From Salpingoeca rosetta (taxonomy: Eukaryota; Protista; Choanoflagellata): DNA of 64,000 nucleotides. The stretch covers positions 89,824 through 153,823 of the forward strand of contig JAWQFM010000020.1 of NCBI GenBank assembly GCA_033442325.1. Direction: 5' to 3'. Both the position numbers and the translations under genes were made by a program. Shown piece by piece: positions 1 through 14,141 of the stretch. The notes beneath the pieces were generated by a model. The model saw only the letters and a list, made by a program, of their open reading frames with translations. It did no database searches and was not told where the DNA came from. How positions within the stretch are numbered: position 1 is the stretch's first letter; each line of letters opens with the position of its first letter.

Positions 1-669
1 ACCAAACGCGTCGTCAACACGGCCGCAGCCCGGCCACGTCTTGCCTTCCTTCAGGAACGCCACGGGGTACGCGGCCTTCTCCCGCGAGTACGGCCGCGTC
101 CACTCTTCAGCCAGCACAAACTGCACACAGACACATGCCGATGCCAACGTGAGATCCGGGTGTCAACGTCACACCAAAGTGAGCTGGAGGCAAACACCAG
201 CATCATGCACATGTGCGTACCGTTTGCGGGTGTGGCGCGTTGACAATGACGTTGTCGTCCTGCGGGTACTTCCCGTCCATCACCTCCTGGATCTCGTGGC
301 GGATTCTGGAGTGCACAGGTGACGGGTGGTGGTGATTGGTGGTGGATGGTGTTCAGGGGGCAAGTTCGAGCGTGAAACATGAAGTGGTGTTCAAAGCAAC
401 AACGCAAAGGGGCACCATGTGCACGTGACTGTAAACAACAACAAGCAAAGGTGGCACGATATCAACGCATCAACGCAATGGCACACTCAAGGCACATGTA
501 TGAATGGTGATGATGCTGGCCATGAGAACTCACTGAATGAGAGCATCGACGTAGCGGTCGAGCTCGTCCTTGCTCTCGCTCTCCGTCGGCTCAATCATGA
601 GGGAATCCGGCACCGGCCACGACACCGTTGGGCTGTGGAAGCCATAGTCCTGATGCATGCAAGACACGC

Positions 670-747
<78 letters not shown>

Positions 748-2458
748 TGAATTGTTGTTGAGAGGGCGATTTGAAGGCTTTGAATGAAACAGATTGATTG
801 ATACACGCATACGCAGCCACGCTCGTGTTGACCAAGTACGCAAGCAGACAATACCCAAAGAATCAGACACACGAACGAGCCGACGAGCAGCCAAGCAAGA
901 AGCAACAACCAAGCAAGCATGAACAGACCTGAAGGCGCTTTGCGACGTCGGTGCAGGTGATGCCGTACTTCTTGAACGGGGCGAAACTGACGATGAATTC
1001 GTGTGCAACGCAGCCGCGCTTGCCCCTGTTGGCAGACACCGAGGGGGAAGAGGTAATGGGAATGGGTGGTGAGCAACACGCACAAGAGACAGCAAAACAT
1101 GAATGCACACGAACACATGCAAATACTCACGTGATAAGCACACAAACACATATTCGCGTGACAAGTTTCACGCCAACCCGTGCATGCACGCACGCAATAG
1201 AGCAGCACCTGAAGGCGACTTCATAGTAGTCCTTGAGGCGGTGGGCCATGTAGTTTGCATTGAGAATGGCAACGGCGCTGCTCATGCGAAGACCCTCAGC
1301 ACCCATCATCCGGATGTAGGACCTGGCCCGTGAAGAGGATCACACATCATGTGTATGTGGGTGTGTGCATGTGTTTGCAATGTGTGTGTGTGTTTGCGCG
1401 CGCGCGCGCGTGTGTGTGTGTGTTTGCGTGTGTGTTTTTGCGCGCGCGTGTGTGTGTGTGTGTGAGGGAGTAACACACGGACAGACGGACAGCCAGCCAG
1501 ACAAACAGGCAGGCAGGCAGACAGACAGACAGCATATGCAGTGGTCACACGCAACAAACATGCTCAAAGGAACACATGCACGCACCAGGAAATGGGCATG
1601 ATGAGACTGGAGCCGTAAGGACTGGCTGACACCTGGCGGAACTTGTGTCCTGTTGTTGTGAGAAGTTGTTGTTGTGTGAGAACACATTCAAACGGGGCAC
1701 AGTTGGAATTGATGGTGACTCGAAGAAGCAGCAAGGCACACAAAGGACAAGCACAAGGCGGTCAACGAGAACAACAAGAAAAAGAACAAGATTAAGGTGC
1801 GCAGATGCACAAATCATCACGCGAAGGGCAGCAACAGGCACACACGTGCAAAGCGTACCTTCAGCTGTCATGACGTGGCCAGGGAGGAAAGGAGCGAGGT
1901 GGGACTGCCATATTGGTAGCAATGGACCAGGAAGGCAGGCATGTGAGCATGCACGACAGAGAACATGTGAAACACCATAGTCAGAGAGCGACAAACAGAC
2001 GCACGAAGGCGGACGGACAGAGTGAGCAAGCAAACACGCTTACATGAAACACGCACACACACATGAAACACGCACACATGAAACACACGCGTGCGTGCAC
2101 GTGCCCTCACACCTTGACGCCAATTGGGCCCATGCCGGGACCGCCACCGCCGTGGGGGATGCAGAAGGTCTTGTGGAGGTTGAGGTGGGACACGTCTGAG
2201 CCGTAGTCACCAGGGCGGCACAGCATCATCTGCGCGTTCATGTTCGCGCCATCGAGATACACCTGTGCGCCGTAACCGTGCACCGTCTCGCAAATCTCGC
2301 GCACAGACTCGTCAAAAACGCCATATGTGCTCGGGTACGTGATCTACAAATGCATGCAGGCAATTGACATGGTGTTGAGCACAGGAGTGGGTCAGCTGCG
2401 CGATGAAAAAAAGGCGTGGGTGGCAAACAAGCGCAGTCACAACAAAACACACACATGT

Positions 2459-2500
<42 letters not shown>

Positions 2501-2505
2501 ACACA

Positions 2506-2568
<63 letters not shown>

Positions 2569-4171
2569 ATGATGGCTGCGAGGTTGTTCTTGTGTTTCTC
2601 GCACTGCTCGCGCAGGTGATCCATGTCAATGTCACCCTGCTTGGTCACCCGCACCTTGGCCACGCGCATGCCTGGCAGTGCATACACATCCAAACAGAAA
2701 ACCGTGACAGCGGAAAGAGCATTTTTGGTGAGTGCTGTGCATAATGGAAGATGGGAGTGGAGAAAGAGGGAACAAGCAAACGCACGAAATGGGAAATCAC
2801 AACACAAATCAAACAAAGCAACGCAAGTTAACCGAACAGAGACAAACGGGTATGTATGCCAGCGACCACGCCAGCGTGTGGGACGACTGTACATACCGCA
2901 CATGGTGGCGGTTGCGGGGTTGGTGCCGTGAGCAGACTCTGGAATCAAGCACACGTCACGGTGGCCCTCGCCCCTATCATGCACACATTCACACGCACAT
3001 GTACACGGGTGAGTGGCGGCGGTGGGTGGTGGTGGTGGTGAGTTGGCCCGCGCATGCTGGCGATCACGATTACAATACGAAGGGAACAGCACGTGCTCGG
3101 GTTTAAGGAAGCCGCCATGAATGCATGAGCCTCAAGACGTCAACGACAGACGAGGGGCGGAAGGGGAAGGGGAGACGAAACAGGAGGGGTGAATGAAGAG
3201 GACGCACTTGCTCTCAAGGTAGCCGCGAATAGCGAGCATGCCGGCAATCTCGCCCTGTGCACCGCTGTTGGGCTGCAGCGAGACAGCATCGTAGCCGGTA
3301 ACTGCACACAGGTCCCTGCATGGGGGCACACGCAAACACAGAGATGGGTGGTCGAGGTGAGTTGGCATGATGCAACCAGGTCGGCGACAACACACCACGC
3401 AGCGTCACACATACAGGCAAGTATATACGCAAGAAAAACAACGGCGCGCACACATGCACGCACGTAAGCAAGCACGCAAGGAAACAGACAGACAGACAGA
3501 CAGACAGACAGACGGACAGATCGACACACACACACAGACACGGACACAAACAGACACGCGCGCGCGCACCTTGCGAGTTCCTCAAAGAGCTCAATGAACC
3601 CCTGCGCCTGGCTCGGGGGCGCAAACGGATGGATGTTTGCAAACTCGGGCCAGGTCACAGGCTGCATCTCTGTGGCGGCGTTGAGCTTCATCGTGCACGA
3701 CCCAAGCGGAATCATGGAGTGCACCAACGAGATGTCCTTGTTCTATTGCGTTTGAGGGCGCAGAGTAAAGGGGAAACATGTGGAGGGCGTGTGAGGTTGC
3801 AGACTCACCATGGTAGCAACGTCGATCAAGCGAGTGCGGTTGTGACGCAAGTGAAACGAAGCATCTTGGGCAAACAAAAGCACGCATACCAAACATACGG
3901 GCAAAAACACTGCAGTCACCTCCATCTCCACGGTCACCACGAATGAAACACGGCAGCAGCTGTTGCGTTACCTCGAGGTGCTTGCAGTAGCGCATGAGCT
4001 CCGTCTCGCTGTGGTACTTGTTGAAGATCGGGTGGGTGAGGAAGGAGGACGTGCGTTCCAGTTCTCCAAGACGGCGACGTGGCAGATTGGACAGCCGTGC
4101 ATTTGCATCCTCGTCCTCCTGTGTACACACAGAGCGAGAGAGAGAGAGGCAGCGTGAGAGTGAGCGCGCGC

Positions 4172-4265
<94 letters not shown>

Positions 4266-5229
4266 CATCAGCGTGAGGGTGGGCCTGGGGAAAAGGTTGC
4301 AGCTGACAGTATACACACACACACACAATATCAACAGCCACAACCACACACAAACAGGCCGTGTGAGCGCGCGCGTGCGTACCATGATGCCGGACTCGGT
4401 GAAGATGGACATGACATCACGCAAATCGCTGGTGGTGACGGTCTCGTCAAGGCTGATGCCGACATCGCCGTCGTCATACTGGCGCAGGTTGATCCCAAGG
4501 TTGTGCGCCTGTTCATGCGTGGGACATGAGCAGCGTGCATGTGCGTGTGTATGAGCAGCGTGCATGTGTGTGTGCATGTGAGTGAGAGGGTGCGAGCGAT
4601 TGCGTGAGTGCGAATGCACGAACAAAAACAGGTGCACGGGCCTTGTTGGCACCACCGCCACTGTTCTCTCCTCTTTCACTTTCTCCTTGTTCTGCCTGCA
4701 CACACCCTGCTCATGATGTGGTCCTGGGTGAGGCCAACGGGCGTGACTTTGATGGTGTCGAAGAAGTAGTCGTTGTTCACAGCATGCCCGCAGTCCGCAA
4801 TCGCTGCATCGTGTGTGTGTGTATGTATGTATGTGTGTATATGTGTGTGCGTGTGTGTGTGTGTGTGTTCATGGTGAGTTCAGCGTGCATGTGAAAATGC
4901 GCTGTATCATTCCAAAACCCCACAGGAGTCAAGACAGCCGATGGGGAGGGGGAAACACCGTACAATCTGCGAGGGCGGATGTCATGTAGTGGACGCGGTT
5001 TGCAATGTTCTTCAGTCCCTGCGGGCCGTGGAACACAGCGTACATGGCCTGATTTCACGTACACACACACACACACACACACCACCACCACCACCACCAC
5101 CACCACCACCGACGGCAAAGCATGTCAATGTGCGAGGCGGTGAGTGAATTGTGTTGGCTCATTGAGCATCACAAACGTGCTGAAAGCAAGCACAGCATCC
5201 AGGCACATGCTTGTATGTGTTGTGTGTGT

Positions 5230-5267
<38 letters not shown>

Positions 5268-5863
5268 TGTGTTTGTGTGTGTGTGCAAGCGTACGGCCAT
5301 GTTAGCGAGGAGGGCCTGGGCGGTGCAAATGTTGGAGGTGGCGCGCTCACGACGGATGTGGTTCTCGCGCGTCTGCAGCGACAAACGGTACGCGCGGTTG
5401 CCGTGCGTGTCCTAATAACACCAAACGAACAGGTATGTGGCGTGTGAATGTGTGTTTGTATGTGTGTTTGTGTGTGAGTTTCTATTTGGAAGCCAGGCAT
5501 GAAGCAGCAGCCGCTGATAAGGGGTCTCCTCAAGCTCACATATGCGCACACACACACGCACGCACACACACGCACGCACGCACACATGCACATAACATGC
5601 ACACGTATAAGACGTGACATGCGATGCCTCACCCTGGTAACGCCGATCAGACGGCCCGGTAGGCGGCGAATGAGCTTCTCCGTGCACGACATGAACGCGG
5701 CGTGCGGACCACCGTAGCCTGCAGGGCACACGGAGGACACATCACACGCATGGGTGAGGCCGTGACATGTGTGGTTGGTGGCGACACAACACGACACCCA
5801 CAGAGCACACGTCCACAAAGCTGGGCACAGAGAGAGAGAGAGAGCACACGTCCACAAAGCTGG

Positions 5864-5896
<33 letters not shown>

Positions 5897-8370
5897 ACCA
5901 CCACCACCACCATGGTGGTACAGACGACTGACCGAGGGGCACGCCAAACCGCTGCGCGCTGCCGACGGCGATATCGGCACCGAATTCGCCGGGCGACCGC
6001 ATGACCGTCAGCGCAAGCAGATCCGTGGCACACGCCACCAGCGCCTGTGGACAACAGGAGGGGGGCAGTTTTGAAGTCAGCGTGCGTGTGTGTGTATGTA
6101 TGTGTGCGAGTGTGTGTGTGCGAGTGAGTGTGTGTATGACAGAGATAGAGAGAGTGTGTGTGTGCGTGTGTCAGAGGGGGGAAATAGATAAGAACAGACG
6201 TGCGAACGCACAAGTGTGGTTGAAAACAAAGAGTGAGGTCGGAAAAAGTGTTGGCGCTTGTGTTGGGTGTGCTGGGTGTGTTTGATGGTCCTTGAACGAT
6301 ACTGGCAGATAAATCCATGTGCGCATGCACACATAGGCGAGCGCAGGGTGACTCACGCCAGCATCGTGGGCTTTTGCAACGAGCTCGTCAATGTTGTGGA
6401 TTTCACCGTGCGTGTCTGGGTACTGAACGAGGCATCCGCACACGTCGGAGGTAAACTCAAAGTTCTCCCACGATTGCTTGATCACCTTCGCGCCAATGTA
6501 CCTGCAGAGCAGTCAAGCAACAAGCGTGTGGGTTGAGTTGGGGTGGCATGTGGAATCGGCTGGTTCGTTTGGGAAGATGAAGCCACGTGGGGAGTGACAA
6601 TGGATGACTTGATTAAATGTGTCTCAAGACGTCATGCTATTCAATACACACACACACACACATACACACCCATATCATGCACACATACACACATACACAT
6701 ATCACGCATGCACACACACACGCGCGCGCGCGCGTGTGTGAGGTGACTGACTTTGCGCGGGTGTAGACGAGGGCCTCCGTCTGCGGATGGCAGCGGCTGT
6801 CCAGCAGAAACATCTTGCGTTTGCTGCAATGACGCGCGACGCAGCGTGGCAGCGTGGCATTGTGGCATGTCATGCGTGCACACACATGTGGGGTGAGCAT
6901 GCGCAACGCAGAATCGTGGCGGCTCTGAACGACAAACCCTGCTCGCATGTTGGATGCAGGCGGGCGTACAACGACGCATCAGGTGAACCACACGGCATGA
7001 AATACATGGCAATAACCGCCAACACGCACTGGTTGTGTGCGGAGAAGCACATGGAGAGGGCTTCAGCGCCGGCAGTTGCTTCGTCGAGAAGAGAGGCGTT
7101 GGCGATGGGAAGGCTTGTCAGGTCCTGCACACGGACGAACAACAGGTACAGGTGGGGTGGTGAGGGGTGGTTGTATGAGGTGAGGGTGGTCGTGCAGAAA
7201 ATGTGACACAGCGCAAAGACACATTGAGGTATGTGGGAGGAGGACAAGGGGGTGGAGGAAGGACAATCATGTATGGACAGTCGCACGAACGAAAGGGCAC
7301 AAGGCACGCACGATCACACGAAATGACAGCACAACAACATAACACGAAGCCCCAACAACATAACGCCACCCGAACACAACACAACACTTGACAGCACGCC
7401 ACGCCACAAAGCGAGGATGATAGCAGACCTGGATCATGGTCTGGAAGTTGAGGAGGCTCTCCATGCGGCCCTGTGCAATCTCCGCCTGGTACGGCGTGTA
7501 TGGGGTGTACCAGCCGGGGTTCTCCAGCACGTTGCGCTTGATGGCTGTCGGGGTGAGGGTGCCGTAGTAGCCCATGCCAATGTACGAGCGGAACACCTGG
7601 TTGCGGGACCCAAGCTGCTTCAGCCGCTCAAGCACCTCGCTCTCCGCTGTGTGCGTGCGTGTGTGTGTGTGTAAGTGTGTGAGTGTGTGTGTGTGTGTGA
7701 GAGAGAGAGTGTGTGTGTGTGTGTGTGTGAGTACATGTGTGTGTGTGCGCGCGCGAGTCTCTGGGTGTGTGCGTGAGTGTGCATGTGTCGCGTGCCGTGT
7801 AGAGTGTGCACGTCTGCAACTGAACGTTTGCCGTGATCCCGTTCACTGTCAAGAGCATCCAAACAACTCACTCAGAGGTTCGTCAAGGTGTGGCGTGCGG
7901 CGGAGGCGAATGTCCTCGGGCACGGCCTTGGCAATCATGTCGTCCAGATCCTAGCAACACCATCACATCACACAACCCCATCGGTGAAGCGATGAGACAG
8001 ACGTCGACTGGTGCCAACAAAGCATTGCACAAACAAAGCAAAAAGAAAAGAGCCGCAATCACGACACCTCGAAGGAGCATGTGCGGAGCATGGTTTGGAT
8101 CTCGGCGGGGTCTGGCCCGATGTGGCGGAACAAGAACTTGTCGCAAGGCTCCACCCAGTCTGCAAAACGTGCGTACATTGATGTGCGCATATGTGAGAGT
8201 GTGTGTGTGTTTGTGTGAGTGTTTGCTTGTGTGTTTGCTTATGTGGACGAATGACAAAGGGGGAGGACACAAACACACACACACACGCACACAGACACAA
8301 ACACACACACACACGCACACAGACACACAGACACACACACACAGACACAAACACGCTCACTCACTCGGAC

Positions 8371-8405
<35 letters not shown>

Positions 8406-8572
8406 CGCACGCACACACACACACACACACACGCACGCACACTCACTCACGCACACACACACGCACAGAAAAGCATGACACCTGGGACTCGGAGGTGCCT
8501 TGTTTGAGCAATCATGGGCACAAGCCATCGACGAGCGTGGCTGGCCTGCCGCCTAAGCACGGCAGCCTGCAT
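1..8572 (-). CDS. GLDC: Glycine dehydrogenase (decarboxylating), glycine cleavage system P protein, mitochondrial; multi-exon, 3' end runs off the window
   Basis: Spliced exons give [109 protein letters not shown], the PLP-lysine motif [29 protein letters not shown] and [13 protein letters not shown] at 8572 begins an Arg-rich, acid-free transit-peptide-like N-terminus ([16 protein letters not shown]). Confidence 0.97.
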
Positions 8573-9140
8573 CCTTCCCTTTGGGCTTGTCTGTGACGAT
8601 CTAGCTCTGGCGTTGTTTGTCGCTGCTTTCCTTCGCCTGCGAAGATGTGAACAAACGAACGAACAAATTATGCCCAACAGCAGCAGAGGTGTTGCAGCAC
8701 CGGTCAAAAGTGAGCCACACACACACCAGTGCACACGTGTGTGTTTTGGCGGCGAGAGCAGGAAGGTCGTGAAGCAGACAAGCAAGCAAGCAAGCCGGTT
8801 AGAAGCAAGGTGGGTCGCAAGCACACGAGCACACGCATCGACACCTCACCAACAGCAGTGCAGCAAGTCGCAGTGTGTTTGTTCTGTGTTTGTCTCAGTT
8901 CTTCTTCTTCTTCAAGAACGAATAGCTTTGCTTGCTTGTGTGGTTTCGCAAGCTCAAAGGAAGGACAGCGCTGATTGCAGACGTGCAGCAGCAGAGCGTT
9001 GATTGCGCAAGAACGCAAAAATCTCAGTCAGCAAAAAAACCACCGAATCAATGGAGACTGACATCAGTTCTATCGATAATTCGCGCTGTTTTCAACCGTG
9101 TTGAGTTTGTACGACACTCGACATACAAAAATATAGTAAC

Positions 9141-9160
9141 TTTGCCGCCACCGTTTCAAA
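9141..9160. promoter_or_regulatory. Candidate E2F site (TTTGCCGC) next to a CHR-like TTCAAA in the divergent GLDC/HCN intergenic region
   Basis: Sequence tttgccgccaccgtttcaaa lies in an AT-richer stretch between the divergent starts at 8572 and 9482. It matches TTTSSCGC and TTYRAA, but the order is not the canonical CDE-CHR arrangement. Confidence 0.25.
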
Positions 9161-9481
9161 CTCTTCTTCTTCTGCTGCAGTGGATCCGCACTGCGATCTT
9201 GCTTGTTGTCGAGCGTCTCATCTCATGTCACACAGCACACAACGAGTCTATTCCACACCAAGCACTTGGGGAGATAGTCATGCACACAGTGCAGTCAAGC
9301 ATGCCGTTTCCAACAACACGATGGGCGCTGGTTTCCCTTGGAATCAACCAACGCACGCACTTGACGCAGTGAGCAGTGACGCCAAGCAAGCAACGCGTCT
9401 ACTTTGCCTGAACCAAGCACCCGTTGTCCAACTGGTGACAGCAGAGCGCCGCACGGCAGAGCACAGCCGCTACATGCGACA

Positions 9482-9704
9482 ATGGATGGCCATGTCGCAG
9501 CAGCGCTCAGCTCAACAGCCAGCTCAGAGGCTGGTTCAAGCGTGGTGGTGAGAGTCGGCAGCTCACCAAGCTTCTCTGAAGGGAAGCTGGCAACGGAACC
9601 CCCATCCTCTGCAACGCCCACACATGCATCCACCAAAACATTGGCCCGGCGGCCCGTGTCAGCGGCACCAAAGCGGCAGACATCCCCAACGACACGTCTA
9701 CATG

Positions 9705-9762
<58 letters not shown>

Positions 9763-10650
9763 CCACAGCAGCGCGAATGGTGGGCTGCTTCGCCCTCCAT
9801 CACCTCGATCCCCACATCAGATGCCCCCGCCTGGGCTGAGACGCAACGGCCATGCACCTGGCTGTACCGCATCAGGCTGCGTTGACAACAACGGAGCACC
9901 GCCAACCATGGAGGAGCCGGAGGTATGGTGCGACTGTTGTTGCGCGCCGTGGATCCGCCCTGTGGGCGATATTCGCGTGCATCCCACAGAACCCCCTCCA
10001 CCACCCCCATCAGTGCCGACCAAGCAAGCATCCCAGCCACCACAGAGGGCAGACAGCATCCCAGCTGGCAAGCAACCGCCACCGGCCGGCACGCAGAGCC
10101 AGCGCTCAAGCCAGCTCGGCCCTGTACGTCACGTGCTTGTGCTGTCATGTGTGTGCTCGCGGTATGTGCGTGTAGGAGCGCGTGTGAGGGTGTGTGTGTG
10201 TGTTGTGTGTGCGTGTGTGCGTAGGAGCGTGTGTGTGTGTGTGTGTGTGCATATGTATGAGCGAGTGTTCGTTTGGTTTGCTTTCGAACACCTTATTCGG
10301 TGCAAGGGGTGTTCGTGGGTCGTTCGCTCGACCCCCTTGCATCTTGCGTGAAGCACCCTTTCTTCTCCCCTCACCCGAACTTACCCCCCCCCCACTCTCA
10401 CAACAACAACAACCCGCACACGTAGCAGGATGATGATGAGAAAGTGCGTGGCTCCATCTTCCAGGTGTCGTCCACAAACCTGTTTGCCCTCAAGATGTAT
10501 GGCAGTGCGCAGGGCGTGACGTGCGAGATTGCGCGGCAGCAAAAGTTGCCCAAGTTTGTCATCCACCCTTACAGCACATTTCGCTGGTACTGGGATGTCC
10601 TCATGGTGAGTTGCGTGTTTGTGTGTGTGTGTGTGCACGAGCGCGAGTTT

Positions 10651-10686
<36 letters not shown>

Positions 10687-11111
10687 ACGAGCGCGAGTTT
10701 ACGTGTGTGTGCGTTTATGTGCGTGTGTGTGTCTGTGTCTGTGTGTGTGTGTGTGCTTTCTTGTAAAAAGGTGGCGAAGGAACCACAAATTAAAGGAGCC
10801 AACATGGCCGCACTCGTCACTCATCACCACCGCCGCCATCGCATGCAACAGGTGTTGCTGCTCTCCTTCACGGTGACGTCGATTCCTGTGGCCATTTCAT
10901 TCTTCAGTGACGGCATGGGTACGGCGTGGTTCGTCGTCAGCTGCATTGTCGATTCCATCTTCATCCTCGACATCTTTGTCAACTTCCGCACGGGCATTGC
11001 AAAACAAGACGCCCCTCACGAAGTCATTCTCGGTGTGTCTGTGTGTCTGTGCATGTACGTGTGTGTGTGCATGTGTGTGTGTATGTGTGTGTGTCTGTTT
11101 GTCTGCCTGCC

Positions 11112-11159
<48 letters not shown>

Positions 11160-13809
11160 CGTGCAATGTACATTCGCGCACGTTGTGTCCGTTTGCTCCA
11201 ACCTTTGCTTTTCCGTTTCCTGTCTCTACTTGCACCCATCAAACGAAACTCACACACACACACTCACACTCACACTCACACACACACTCACACTCACACT
11301 GACACACACTCACACACATATACGCACACATGCACCTTTTTCTCCTCCGCATATCCACCCCATTCCCTCGCACAGACCACCGCGCCATTGTGAGGCACTA
11401 CCTGCGCGGATGGTTTGCAATCGACCTCATCTCCAGCCTCCCGCTTGATTACATCATCACCGCCGCCGCCAATTACCGCTACGACTCGCCGTCCTACCTC
11501 AAGGCCTCGCGTGCCTTGAAGGTCCTCCGCATGACACGCCTCCTCACGCTGCTGCGGCTGCTGCGCGTCACCCGCATGTTCCGCCTCTTCAGCCGCTGGG
11601 AGGAGACCTTCAACCTCAGCGCGGCGTGGCTGCGCATGTCGAAGCTGGTCACCATGATGCTACTCATGGCCCACTGGTCCGGCTGTCTGCAGTTCCTCGC
11701 TGTGCAGCTGGCCGACTTCCCGCCATCGTCGTGGGTCGCCATCAACGGGCTGGTGGACGCGCCCGTCTCCGCGCAGTACACGTGGGCGCTCTTCAACGCC
11801 CTCAGCCACATGCTGTGCATCGGGTACGGCAAGTTCCCGCCGCAGTCCGTGTCGGAGGTGTGGCTCACCATCGGCAGCATGGTCATTGGCGCATCGTTCT
11901 ACGCCGTCTTCATCGGCCAGATCTCAAGCATCACCCTCAGCGTCGACAGCGCTAGCAGAAACTACAACGAAAAGGTTCGTCTTTGGGGAAGGGAAAGGGG
12001 GGTGGGGGAGTATTTGTTTATATGTGTGGGTGTGGGAATGTGTGTACGTATGTGTTTTTCTGTGCATGTGCGTGTGTTTCTGTGCATGTGTGTGTGTGTG
12101 TTTCTGTGCATGTGCGTGTGTTTCTCTGTGTGTGTGTGTGTGTGCGTGTGCATGTTTCTGTGTCTGCGTATCTCCTGTTCTTGCTTGGGTACTCTCCATG
12201 CTTTGTTGTCGTTTTGCTCTCGTGCCAACCCCTCGACGTCCCTCTCTTCCTCGCTCTTGTCAGGTGAAAGAGGTTGTTGAGTATTTGCGGGCGCAGAAAG
12301 TGCCCTCGAGCCTGCGCCAGCGCGTCTTTGACTACTACGAATACAGGTGCTGTTTCGTGTTCACGCGCACGGTGCCGTAGCGTGCTGTTCACATGCACGT
12401 GGATCGTGTCTTCCAACGCGAAGCACCAACGAACCACGCACACATACGCACACACACGCACACATGCACGCACGCCACTCTGTCTGCTCACAGCGCCGCT
12501 CGCATCTCTTCCCCCATTTCAGGTGGCCACAACACAAGTTCTTTGACGAACGAAACATTCTCAAGGAGCTGTCACCCGGCCTTCACAACGTGAGCTCACA
12601 GCCACACTCGCACACTACTGATGTGCATGTTATTCACGTGACCGTGTTGCCTTGTAGTTGCAAACGTGCACGCTAGCATGCGTCCACTGTTCCTGGCCAC
12701 GCATGTGCGCTCGCGTTCTGTCTCTCACACACAAACACGCACCATGGCCCTCCATGCACACACATGCACAGGACATTACGAAACACAACTGCCAGCCCCT
12801 GGTGCAGTCACTTCCATTCTTGCGCAATGCGGATCCAGAGCTTATCGAAGCAGTCACGACAAAGGCACGCTTTGTGTGTGTGTCTGTGCGTGTGTCTGTG
12901 TGTGTGACCGTGTGTGTGTGTCTGTGACCGTGTGTGTCTGTGTGTGTGTTTGTGTGACCGTGTGTGTCTGTGTGTCTGTGTGTGACTGTGTATGCGTGCA
13001 AGTGTTTCGCGTTGCCCATCGCCCCCGTTCTCCCAGTGCCACTGACATGGGCTGTTCTGTTCATGGTCTGCATGTACCTCCAACGTGCAGGTGGTGTTCC
13101 AAGTCAGCATGCCCAGCGAAGTCATCATCAAGTACGTCATCATGCACATGTGTCGCCACCAACACCACACACCAGCGCCACACACATTGTACGCCAACAC
13201 GCGCCCTTCATTTCACACGCCTCGCATCATCACCACCAACACCACCATCAGGGCTGGCACGTATGGGTCCGAGCTGTACCTTCTGCAATATGGAACGGTT
13301 GAAGTTGTTCTTCCCGGTGGCGATGTTGTCTCCCGCCTGCACGACGGCTCATTCTTTGGAGGTGACACGTGTGTGTGTGAGAGAGAGAGAGAGAGTGTGT
13401 GTGTGTGCAGTTGCACCATTTTCTGCTCTCGCAACACGATAAATGTGCTCTTGTTCTGCGAACGCCATCTCACGTCGGCACAACCAACTCACGCACACAC
13501 ATGCACCACGCTTCCCCTCCTTTCCTCCTGCGTTCCACCATATGTAACCCCTCCTCACTCCCCCGTTCACCCCCCTCCCTTTTAGAGCTTGGTCTGCTGC
13601 GGCTGCAGAAGCGTGCGGCGAGCGTGATTGCGGTGTCGCCGTGCCGCCTGTATGTCCTCAGCCGCCGCGCCCTGGATGAGGTCCTCGAGGCGTTTCCGCA
13701 CATGCGCCGCGAGCTCGAGCGCACCGCCGTCGAGGTTGGTCTGCTTTGTATTGTGTTGTGGTGTGGTGTGTTGTATTGTGTTGTGTTTGGTTGTATTAGA
13801 TTGTGTTGT

Positions 13810-13851
<42 letters not shown>

Positions 13852-14108
13852 CGGCTGTTGTGATGATGGATTTTACGCTTGTCGCGCGCTGCCGTTTCCC
13901 ATCAACACGGTCCGCTCCGGCTGCCATTCGCGTTCTCTCATTCTCTCTCATTCTCCCTCATGCTCTCTCATTCTCACCCGCCGTTGCCGTGCCAAATGTG
14001 CCGCTACTGCTGCAGCGATTGCATGAACTTCGCCAGCGCATCCGGCGCTCGTCCAGTCGACGCCGCACAACCGTAAGGAACTCACTCACTGACTCACACA
14101 CACACACA

Positions 14109-14141
<33 letters not shown>

